Assembly: GCA_035536275.1 (NCBI GenBank)
Contig: DATLOL010000031.1
Location: 5,130-69,129, forward strand
Length of the DNA: 64,000 nucleotides
DNA from: Thermoanaerobaculia bacterium
GTDB taxonomy: Bacteria; Acidobacteriota; Thermoanaerobaculia; Gp7-AA8
Direction of reading: 5' to 3'
The notes under the pieces are model-generated. The model worked only from the letters and a program-made list of their open reading frames with translations, had not been told where the DNA came from and did no database searches. Below are positions 41,502-49,573 of the stretch, in pieces (within the stretch, counting starts at the first letter, position 1; the number at the start of each line of letters is the position of its first letter). A program made the translations under genes and the position numbers.

Positions 41502-42911
41502 CTACCGGGTCGCGGCTTCGTCGGTCAGCACCTGGGCCACGCACGCGGTGAGTTTCTTCGCGTAGCCGACGTGCAGGAACTCGTTCGGGCCGTGGGCGTT
41601 GCTCTGCGGCCCGAGGACGCCGGTGATGAGGAACTGCGCCTCCGGGTAGCGCGCGCCGAGCATGCCCATGAACGGGATCGAGCCGCCCTCGCCGAACGTC
41701 ATCGCCCCCTTGCCGAACCACGTCTGCGACGCGCGCTCGACGGACTCCTCGAGCCACGGCGCGATCTCGGGAGCGACCCATCCGGCGCCGCCTTTTTCCG
41801 CCTCGAAGCTGACCTTCGCCCCGTAGGGCGGATCCTTCTCGAGCAACTCCTTGAGGTTCTTTTCGAGATCGGTGGCGTCGAGTGACGGCGGGACGCGCAG
41901 CGAGAGCTTGATCGACGTCTTCGGGCGCAACACGTTGCCGCCCTGCAGCAGGTCCGGCATGCCGGCCTGGCCGATGTAGGCGAGCATCGGTCGCCACGTG
42001 CGATTCAGGAGTGCCTCCAGCGGATCCTTCGTCACGGGCTGCATGCCGTCGACGAAGGGGAACTTGTTCCAGGTCTCGTCGCCGAGGACTTTCGCAGTCG
42101 CTTTGGCCTCGTCGAGGCGCGTCTTGGGGATGTCGACGTGCAGCCACTTCGGGATGATCTCGCCGGTGTTGGCATCCTCGAGACGATCGAGGATCTGGCG
42201 GATGATCCGGAAGCTCGACGGCACGATGCCGCTGGCATCGCCGGAGTGCACGCCTTCGGTGAGCACTTCGACGTGCAGGTTGCCGACGATCGAGCCGCGG
42301 AGCGAGGTGGTCATCCAGAGCTGGTCGTAGTTGCCGCAGCCGGAGTCGAGACAGACGACCAGGCGGGGCGTGCCGATGCGATCGGCGAGCAGATCGATGT
42401 AGGCGGGAAGGTCGACCGAGCCGCTCTCCTCGCAGCACTCGATGAGCACGACGATGCGCGAGTGCGCGACGCCCTGCTCTTGCAGCGCCTTGATCGCGCA
42501 GACCGTGGCGAAGATGGCGTAGCCGTCATCGGCGCCGCCGCGGCCGTAGAGCTTCTCGCCGCGGAGCACGGGCGTCCAGGGTCCGAGTCCTTCTTCCCAA
42601 CCCACCATGGCCGGCTGTTTGTCGAGATGGCCGTACATGAGCACGGTAGAGGAGGCGTCGCCTTCGATCTCCATGAAGATCACCGGCGTGCGGTCGTCGA
42701 TCTCATGGACCTCGAGCTGGATCCCGCGAATGCCCTGCGATTCCACCCACGAGCGGGCGAGGGCTACGGCGCGATGCATGTGGCCGTTGCGCCTCCATTC
42801 GGGGTCGAACAGCGGCGACTGGTTGGGGATGCGGATGTAGTGTTCGAGGGTCGGAACGATGGACGAGCTCCACGTCTCGTCGACGAGGTTCTTCGTCGTG
42901 TCGGCGTTCAT
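41502..42911 (-). CDS. M20 family dipeptidase
   Basis: Track ORF trimmed to the ATG at 42911 (alternatives at 42932 and 42962). Motifs seen are YGHLDKQP, GRGGADDGY and ECCEESGS. Confidence 0.8.
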   Translation of the reverse strand: MNADTTKNLVDETWSSSIVPTLEHYIRIPNQSPLFDPEWRRNGHMHRAVALARSWVESQGIRGIQLEVHEIDDRTPVIFMEIEGDASSTVLMYGHLDKQPAMVGWEEGLGPWTPVLRGEKLYGRGGADDGYAIFATVCAIKALQEQGVAHSRIVVLIECCEESGSVDLPAYIDLLADRIGTPRLVVCLDSGCGNYDQLWMTTSLRGSIVGNLHVEVLTEGVHSGDASGIVPSSFRIIRQILDRLEDANTGEIIPKWLHVDIPKTRLDEAKATAKVLGDETWNKFPFVDGMQPVTKDPLEALLNRTWRPMLAYIGQAGMPDLLQGGNVLRPKTSIKLSLRVPPSLDATDLEKNLKELLEKDPPYGAKVSFEAEKGGAGWVAPEIAPWLEESVERASQTWFGKGAMTFGEGGSIPFMGMLGARYPEAQFLITGVLGPQSNAHGPNEFLHVGYAKKLTACVAQVLTDEAATR

Positions 42912-43078
42912 GGCGGGGGCGGAGGATAGCATCGAAGGGTGGTTTCGTGCGATGATCTCCATACATCCGTAAAATCCAATTGAATCTGCTGTACTCTTGG
43001 TGCAGGTCCAAGGTCGTGAGAGGCGTCGTCTCCGTCGTCGCAAGCCGGCGGCGTCGCCCGAAAACGTGGTAACGTGAG

Positions 43079-43741
43079 ATGGGTCTAAAGTCCGCGAATC
43101 AACCGAGAACCGCCCGTCGAGAAGGCGAAGGAAAGGCCGCCGTGCTGGAACACGATGCGAGCAACGTTGCGCCTGCTGGTACCCGCCCCCGTGGGGAGGC
43201 CAAGCCTCAGCCGCGCCCCGAGCCCCAGCCGGCGGCGCCGTCGCCGGCCGCGGATGACGTCGAGACTCTCTACATTCAACACCGCACGCTCCTGCTCTAC
43301 GTGGCGTGCCGCAAGTTCCGCATCCCCGACTGTGATGCCGAGAACCTGATCCAGGAAGTCTTCCTCTCCTACCTGCAGACCGGCACGAAGATCGAGAACA
43401 TCCGCGCTTGGCTGGTCGCGGCGATGTGCAATGCGAGCCGCCACTACTGGCGCGCGCAGGGGCGGACGGAGTCGCTCCCGGACAACATCGACGATCACTC
43501 CGATCCGCTCACGCACGGCCTGGCCGACAAGTTCGCGATGCGGATGACCGTGCGTCAGGCGCTCGACTATCTCCAGCCGCGCTGCCGCGAGACGCTCTGG
43601 CTGCACTACTTCGAAGGACGCTCGGCGGGCGACGTGGCTCGCGAGCTGGAGACCACGAACCGCTACGCCGAGAAGCTGATCCACAACTGCCTCAAGCGCG
43701 TTCGTGAGATCTACCTGAACATCACCTCCGTGACGAAGTGA
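43079..43741 (+). CDS. ECF-type sigma factor with ~55-aa Pro-rich N-terminal extension
   Basis: Track ORF. Region 2 is AENLIQEVFLSYL..WLVAAMCNASRHYWR. Region 4 is CRETLWLHYFEGRSAGDVARELE. Confidence 0.8.
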   Translation: MGLKSANQPRTARREGEGKAAVLEHDASNVAPAGTRPRGEAKPQPRPEPQPAAPSPAADDVETLYIQHRTLLLYVACRKFRIPDCDAENLIQEVFLSYLQTGTKIENIRAWLVAAMCNASRHYWRAQGRTESLPDNIDDHSDPLTHGLADKFAMRMTVRQALDYLQPRCRETLWLHYFEGRSAGDVARELETTNRYAEKLIHNCLKRVREIYLNITSVTK

Positions 43742-45117
43742 CGAGAGCCGCATCGATGATGGTCGAGCGCCACTACGACGACGAAGCATTGATCGCGATG
43801 CTGGAGGCGGACCGCGTCGACTCCGACGGCCATCTCCCGTCGTGCACGGTCTGCAACGAGAAGGTGGAGTCATATCGTTTAATCTCGACCGCTCTGCGCG
43901 ACAAGGACGTCTGGGACACCCGCGCCGTCCTGTCCAAGCCCGTCCCCGAAACCATCGCCACCCTCCGCGCCTTCGCCGACCGCATGTCCGCCGAAGACAC
44001 CGCCGCCGCCCAGATCCTCCCCGAGCTCCTGGCCGGCCCTCGCGAGGAATGGATGCCCAGGCTGCGCGAGCACCCGGAGTGGCGGACGGCGGGGGTGGTG
44101 CGGGGGCTGGTGGATGAGATGCGTCGGGTCGTGAGCATCATGCCTCCCGACGCGTTGACGATGACCCTACTCGCGACCGAGATTGCCGATCATCTCAATC
44201 AGGGCTCGCCCAGCACGTTGAACCGTCTTCGCGGACTGGCTTGGCGAGACCACGCATACGCGCTGTTTTACACCGGAGCATTCACCGACGCCCTCGCCGC
44301 GACTGAGAGAGCTGAAAGCATGCTCGATAATGCGCCCGTCGACGAATACGATCGTGCGCGGATTCGCGTCATCTCCGCGCTCGCGCGTCGTGCCCAGGAA
44401 GATCTGGACGGCGCGACTTCCGCGATTCGCTTCAGCAGCGACACCTTTGCGCGCTTTCGCGACTTTTCACAGTTGGCTGCAGCTCGAGTCGCCGAGGTCC
44501 ACATTCTTTTCAGTCGCGGTGAGCTCGATGCTGCGCGGGTGATCCTCCACGATCTCGACACACGCATTGCCCAGGATGGTGACCCCAACCTGCACGCCCG
44601 CGTCCTCGGAAACCTCGGCTATTGCTATTGGCGACTCGGCAGAATCGACGAAGCATTGCTTCATCACGAGATGGCTGCGTCTCTGCTTGAGACGATTGGA
44701 ATTCCGACCGAAGCGGCGCGCGTGGGCTGGAACGTCGCGTCGATTCTGGCGGCGGCGGGACGAGTTGCCGATGCGCGCGTTCGACTCCATGGACTTCACG
44801 CGAGGTTCTCCGAGCTCGGGATGAGCAGCGAAGCGGCCTTGGTCAATCTGGACATCGCAGAGATCCTCATCGCTTCTGGCGATTTCACGGGAGTGCAGGC
44901 GATCTGCCGCGCCGCGATGTCGTCATTCGAAACGGCGGGCATTCCGTACACCGCACGCGCATTGACGGCGCTCGCGTACATCCGCGAGGCCGCGCAACAA
45001 AAAACCGTAACGACCGCGCACGTGAAGCACGTCCGCGACTACCTGCGAAAGCTGCCTCATGAAGAGAAACTGCTGTTCGCGCCGCTTCCCGGAGCCCATC
45101 TCGCATATTCGAGGTAG
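43738..45117 (+). CDS. Cytoplasmic zinc-binding (ZAS-type) anti-sigma factor with TPR-like C-terminal domain
   Basis: GTG start with a GTGA overlap (alternative ATG at 43756). HLPSCTVC fits the H-x3-C-x2-C ZAS motif. There is no TM segment. The C-terminal ~300 aa are helical TPR-like repeats. Confidence 0.6.
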   Translation: MTRAASMMVERHYDDEALIAMLEADRVDSDGHLPSCTVCNEKVESYRLISTALRDKDVWDTRAVLSKPVPETIATLRAFADRMSAEDTAAAQILPELLAGPREEWMPRLREHPEWRTAGVVRGLVDEMRRVVSIMPPDALTMTLLATEIADHLNQGSPSTLNRLRGLAWRDHAYALFYTGAFTDALAATERAESMLDNAPVDEYDRARIRVISALARRAQEDLDGATSAIRFSSDTFARFRDFSQLAAARVAEVHILFSRGELDAARVILHDLDTRIAQDGDPNLHARVLGNLGYCYWRLGRIDEALLHHEMAASLLETIGIPTEAARVGWNVASILAAAGRVADARVRLHGLHARFSELGMSSEAALVNLDIAEILIASGDFTGVQAICRAAMSSFETAGIPYTARALTALAYIREAAQQKTVTTAHVKHVRDYLRKLPHEEKLLFAPLPGAHLAYSR

Positions 45118-45186
45118 GGATTTGACGTTCTCCGTCACTCCCTAGGCAGGGCGCGCCCTCCCGAACAAATAGCCACAGGAGGGCGT

Positions 45187-45384
45187 ATGAAGGTTTACTC
45201 TCGTCGTGCAGCGGCGGTTGCGCTCGCTGTCTTTCTCTCTGGTTCCGTCTCCGCGTTCGCTGGACCGCGTGAGCGTGCTCCGCGCGAGCGCGATTTGTCG
45301 AAGCTCGTAAAGATCATCAAGAAATTTGTCGGCATCGGTACGTTCGACGATCTGCCGTTGCCGCCGCCACCCAAACCCTCCTAA
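45187..45384 (+). CDS. Small secreted protein/peptide (65 aa)
   Basis: Track ORF with a strong AGGAGG 5 nt upstream. The signal peptide is MKVYSRRAAAVALAVFLSGSVSAFA. The mature ~40 aa are basic and end in PLPPPPKPS. Confidence 0.5.
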   Translation: MKVYSRRAAAVALAVFLSGSVSAFAGPRERAPRERDLSKLVKIIKKFVGIGTFDDLPLPPPPKPS

Positions 45385-45453
45385 GCCCTGACCCACCCGC
45401 AACCTCCCTTCCCCCTCCCCGTACAATGGTCGGTCACGGAGAAGGGGTTCGTT

Positions 45454-46377
45454 ATGGGTGAGATTCTGGCGGTTCGGGATGTGCGGAAGACGTTTGGCGA
45501 GGTCCGGGCGGTGGATGGGGTCTCGTTCACCGTCCGGAGTGGGACCATCACTGGCCTGCTCGGGCGCAACGGCGCCGGCAAGACGACCACCATTCGCATG
45601 ATCACCGGCATCTTCATGCCGGATTCGGGATCGGTCGAGTGGCTCGCGGGCAAGAGTGGCGCGGAGTTCCGCGATCGCATCGGCTATCTGCCCGAAGAGC
45701 GCGGGCTGTACAAGCAGATGAAGGTCGTCGAGCTCCTGCTCTTCCTCGCCGAGATCAAAGGCTGCGCTCCCAACGACACGAAAAAGAAGATCGATCACTG
45801 GCTCGAGCGGTTCGAGCTCACCGACAAACGCGGCGCGAAGATCGAGGAGCTCTCCAAGGGCAACGCCCAGAAAGTCCAGCTCATCGGAACGCTGCTGCAC
45901 GATCCCGATCTGATCATCCTCGACGAGCCCCAGTCCGGACTCGATCCCGTGAACGCGGTCCTCGTGCGCAACCTCCTGCGCGATCTGCGCAAGGAAGGGA
46001 AGACCATCCTCCTCTCGACGCACATGATGGGCGAGGCGGAGAAGATGGCGGACGAGATCATCCTCATTCATCGCGGGCAGGTCGTGCTCGAAGGCACGCT
46101 CGACGAAGTCCGCGGTTCCTTCGGCCGCAACACCCTCCATCTCGACTTCGACGGTGACGGCTCGTTTCTCGGAGGTTTGCCCGAGGTGCGCAAGGCCACG
46201 ATCATGGCCAACTCGGCGGAGCTCAGTCTCGCCGAAGGCGCGGACGCGCAACAGATTCTGCAGGCCTCCGTGCCGCGACTGCGCATCCGCCGATTCGAAG
46301 TAGCGTCGCCGTCTCTCGAGGAGATCTTCATCGAGAAAGTGGGCGCCGAGACCCTCGGGGCGGAGGTGATCCGATGA
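45454..46377 (+). CDS. ABC transporter ATP-binding protein (ABC-2/NatA type)
   Basis: Track ORF. It has Walker A GRNGAGKTT, the signature LSKGNAQK and Walker B LIILDEPQSGLD. Confidence 0.9.
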   Translation: MGEILAVRDVRKTFGEVRAVDGVSFTVRSGTITGLLGRNGAGKTTTIRMITGIFMPDSGSVEWLAGKSGAEFRDRIGYLPEERGLYKQMKVVELLLFLAEIKGCAPNDTKKKIDHWLERFELTDKRGAKIEELSKGNAQKVQLIGTLLHDPDLIILDEPQSGLDPVNAVLVRNLLRDLRKEGKTILLSTHMMGEAEKMADEIILIHRGQVVLEGTLDEVRGSFGRNTLHLDFDGDGSFLGGLPEVRKATIMANSAELSLAEGADAQQILQASVPRLRIRRFEVASPSLEEIFIEKVGAETLGAEVIR

Positions 46378-47717
46378 AGAAAATGTTCGCCGTGATGAAG
46401 CGCGAGTACCTTCAGGCAGTCCGCAAGAAGTCCTTCATCATCATGACTCTGCTGCTGCCGTTCCTCATGGCAGGCATGATGTTCCTGCCGGGGCTGATGA
46501 TGGCCAAGGGCATGGGCCAGAAGCGCATCGCCGTGCTCGACGCCACGGGCCGTCTCCAGGCCGCGTTCTCGAAGCCGAACGAGACGCCGAAGGAAGACAA
46601 GCCCGATCTGCGCAAGGCGATGACCGAGCGTCAGCGCGGCCCTCAGATCCCGTCGCAGATGACGATCGAGTACGTGAACCAGGCCCAGGCCGCCGATCTC
46701 GAAGAAGCGGCCAAGCCGTACCTCAAGCGCCTCACCGCCGGAAAAGACGCGGCGGACAAACTGGAAGGCGTATTCCTGATTCCGAAGGCGGCGGTGAGTG
46801 AGCCCGACTCCGAGATGTCGTACTACAGCCGCGCCTCGACCGATCTCATGACCCAGGAGCGGCTCTCCCGCCTCGCCAACCGCGCGTTGCAGCGCATGCG
46901 TCTGAGCGCGAACGGCATCAGTCCGGAACTGGTCGACGGCCTGCTACAGGACGTGCCCGTGCAGGCGGTCCAGCTGTCGCGCGCGGGCGTGCGCAAGAAG
47001 GGCGGCGAGTTGAACTTCCTCGTCGCGTTCCTCTTCGGCGCGATGCTGATCCTGCCCTCGCTCGTTTACGGGCAGGAAACGATGCGCGGCATCGTGCAGG
47101 AGAAGACCGACCGCGTCGTGGAGGTGCTGATCTCCTCGGTCAGTCCGATGCAGCTCCTCACCGGCAAGATCATCGGCGTGGCCGCGGTCGGACTCACGCA
47201 GATCGCCGTCTGGATGGCGATGGCCGGAATCCTCGGCGCCTACGCCGCGACCACGCTCGCCGTCGCCCAGGCCAACATCAACTTTTCACAGTTCATCCGT
47301 CCGATCATCGGGCTCTACTTCCTCGTCTTCTATGTGCTCGCGTATCTCACCTACGTGTGCGTCTACGCGATCGCCGGCGCGATCTGCAACTCCGAGAAAG
47401 AGGCCCAGCAATTCATCATGCCGATCATGCTGCTGATGATGGCGCCGTGGTTCCTGATGATGCCCATCGTCATGAACCCGGACGCGCCGTTCGCGGTCGG
47501 CTTCTCGATGTCGCCGGTATTCGGACCGATCACGATGTTCGTCCGCGCGGCGGTGACCGATCCTCCGGCGTGGCATTTCCTCGTCTCCATCGCCGTGTCG
47601 CTGTTGACCATCCTCGCCCTGTTCTGGGTGACGGCGAAGATCTTCCGCCTCGGCATCCTGTCGTACGGCAAGCGGCCGACGATTCCGGAGCTGATGCGCT
47701 GGGTGCGCGTGGCCTAG
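46374..47717 (+). CDS. ABC-2 type permease (NatB-like)
   Basis: Track ORF with an ATGA overlap. It has an N-terminal TM segment, a large extracytoplasmic loop and five or six C-terminal TM segments. Confidence 0.8.
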   Translation: MKKMFAVMKREYLQAVRKKSFIIMTLLLPFLMAGMMFLPGLMMAKGMGQKRIAVLDATGRLQAAFSKPNETPKEDKPDLRKAMTERQRGPQIPSQMTIEYVNQAQAADLEEAAKPYLKRLTAGKDAADKLEGVFLIPKAAVSEPDSEMSYYSRASTDLMTQERLSRLANRALQRMRLSANGISPELVDGLLQDVPVQAVQLSRAGVRKKGGELNFLVAFLFGAMLILPSLVYGQETMRGIVQEKTDRVVEVLISSVSPMQLLTGKIIGVAAVGLTQIAVWMAMAGILGAYAATTLAVAQANINFSQFIRPIIGLYFLVFYVLAYLTYVCVYAIAGAICNSEKEAQQFIMPIMLLMMAPWFLMMPIVMNPDAPFAVGFSMSPVFGPITMFVRAAVTDPPAWHFLVSIAVSLLTILALFWVTAKIFRLGILSYGKRPTIPELMRWVRVA

Positions 47718-47758
47718 GCTATGATCCCCCCGGTCAAAAAAGGGCAGGGGGGAATCGA

Positions 47759-49573
47759 ATGGCGGAACCCAAAACGCTCAACGACATCTACGCGACGACG
47801 GTGTCCATCGACCGCCCCGCGATCATGAAGTACAAGAGCGGCGAGCGCTGGCTAGACATCACCGTTTCGGAGTTCCGCGACACCGTGCGCGGACTTGCCG
47901 CCGCGTTGCACGAGCTCGGCGTGAAGCCGGGCGACCGGGTGGGCATCCTCTCGGAAAACCGTCCCGAGTGGACGATGTCCGACTTCGCCATCCTCGCCGC
48001 CGGCGCCGTCTCCGTGCCCGTCTATCCGACGCTCCTCGGCTGGCAGATCGAGTACATCCTCAACGACGCCGGCACGGTGGCCGTGATCTGCTCGAACCAG
48101 GAGCAGCTCGACAAGCTCCAGGAAATTCGTTCGCACGTGCCGTGTCTCTCGACGGTCATCGTCTGCGATCCACCGGCGGCGCTGCCGCCGGGTGTGCGCA
48201 CGTTCCGCGACGTCGTCGAGAGCGGGAAGAAACACGCGCAGACCCTCCCTAACTGGTTCGAGGAGTCGAGCAAGTCGCGTAAGCCCGACGACCTGGCCAC
48301 GCTCGTCTACACGTCGGGCACGACCGGGAACCCGAAGGGTGCAATGCTGACGCACGGCAACATTGCCTCGAACGTGAACGCGGTGAACGCCTTCGTGCCG
48401 ATCGAGGCCGGTGACATCGCACTCTCGATCCTGCCGCTCTCGCACATCCTCGAGCGCATGGTCGACTTCCTCTATCTCTACAAAGGCGGCTGCATCGCCT
48501 ACGCCGAGAACGTCACCAAAGTCGCGGATAACCTCGGCGAGGTCAAGCCGCAGTACTTCGCGGCCGTGCCCCGTCTCTTCGAGAAAATGCGCGCTCGGGT
48601 GATGGACAACGTCGCCGCCGCGCCGCCCGCCCGGCAGAAGATCTTCCACTGGGCGCTCGGCGTCGCCGAACAGCGGCTGCCGTATCGCGTCGACCGCAAG
48701 CCCATGCCGTTCGGCCTCAAGCTCAAGTCCGCGATCGCGGACAAGCTCGTCTTCAGCAAGATCCTCGCGCGCCTCGGCGGAAACGTGAAGTACGTCGTCT
48801 CTGGCGGCGCGCCGCTCTCCGCGGAACTGGCGGCGTTCTTCATCGGCGCGGGTGTCGAGATCCTGGAAGGCTACGGCCTCACCGAGACCTCACCCGTCAT
48901 CGCCGTGAACCGTCCCGACCGGCGGCGCATCGGGTCGGTGGGGCCGATCATCCCCGGCGTCGAAGTGAAGATCGCGGCGGACGGCGAGATCCTCTCGCGC
49001 GGCCCGCACATCATGAAGGGCTACTGGAACAACCCCGAGGCGACAGCGCAGTCAATCGACGCGGAGGGATGGTTCCACACCGGGGACATCGGCGAGATCG
49101 ACTCCGACGGCTTCCTCAAGATCACCGATCGCAAGAAAGACATTCTCATCAACGCGTACGGCAAGAACATTGCGCCGCAGCCGCTCGAAGCGCTGCTCAA
49201 GAGCTCTCCGTACGTCGGCACTCCGGTGCTGATCGGCGATCGCCGCAAGTATCTGGTCGCCCTGATCGTGCCGAACTTCGAGAAGCTCGAGCGCGAGGCC
49301 GCGACCCTGGGCGTGAAGTTCGACACGAAGGAAGAGCTGGTCGGAAACGACCGCGTCAAGGAGCTCATCCAGGCCGAGATCGACCGCTTCAATCAGAACC
49401 TCGACCGGCAGGAGAAGATCCGCAGGTTCGCTCTGCTGCCGCGCGACTTCACCATCGAGGATGACGAGATCACCCCGTCGCTGAAGGTCAAGCGCAAGAA
49501 CATCGACAAGAAGTACAAGCAGGTCATCGACACGCTGTACGCAGACGAGAACCTCGTGGAAGGCACCGCATGA
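47759..49573 (+). CDS. Long-chain acyl-CoA synthetase (AMP-forming)
   Basis: An in-frame ATG at 47759 (residue 135 of track ORF 47357..49573). It has the AMP-binding motif YTSGTTGNPKG, then GYGLTETS and TGDIGEIDSDGFLKITDRKKD. Confidence 0.88.
   Translation: MAEPKTLNDIYATTVSIDRPAIMKYKSGERWLDITVSEFRDTVRGLAAALHELGVKPGDRVGILSENRPEWTMSDFAILAAGAVSVPVYPTLLGWQIEYILNDAGTVAVICSNQEQLDKLQEIRSHVPCLSTVIVCDPPAALPPGVRTFRDVVESGKKHAQTLPNWFEESSKSRKPDDLATLVYTSGTTGNPKGAMLTHGNIASNVNAVNAFVPIEAGDIALSILPLSHILERMVDFLYLYKGGCIAYAENVTKVADNLGEVKPQYFAAVPRLFEKMRARVMDNVAAAPPARQKIFHWALGVAEQRLPYRVDRKPMPFGLKLKSAIADKLVFSKILARLGGNVKYVVSGGAPLSAELAAFFIGAGVEILEGYGLTETSPVIAVNRPDRRRIGSVGPIIPGVEVKIAADGEILSRGPHIMKGYWNNPEATAQSIDAEGWFHTGDIGEIDSDGFLKITDRKKDILINAYGKNIAPQPLEALLKSSPYVGTPVLIGDRRKYLVALIVPNFEKLEREAATLGVKFDTKEELVGNDRVKELIQAEIDRFNQNLDRQEKIRRFALLPRDFTIEDDEITPSLKVKRKNIDKKYKQVIDTLYADENLVEGTA

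Noticed and set aside
45122-45150. TTGACG ... TAGGCA as a sigma-70 promoter for the small secreted-peptide gene
   Set aside because: The spacer is only 15 nt and the -10 hexamer is poor, so I could not support it as a feature. The strong SD is the only solid signal for that gene.
47726-47752. C6...G6 inverted repeat (CCCCCC-15 nt-GGGGGG) between the ABC-2 permease gene and the acyl-CoA ligase gene, considered as a terminator
   Set aside because: The stem is only six G:C pairs with a 15-nt A-rich loop and no U-tract. The G-run more likely serves as the ribosome-binding site (GGGGGGA) of the gene starting at 47759.
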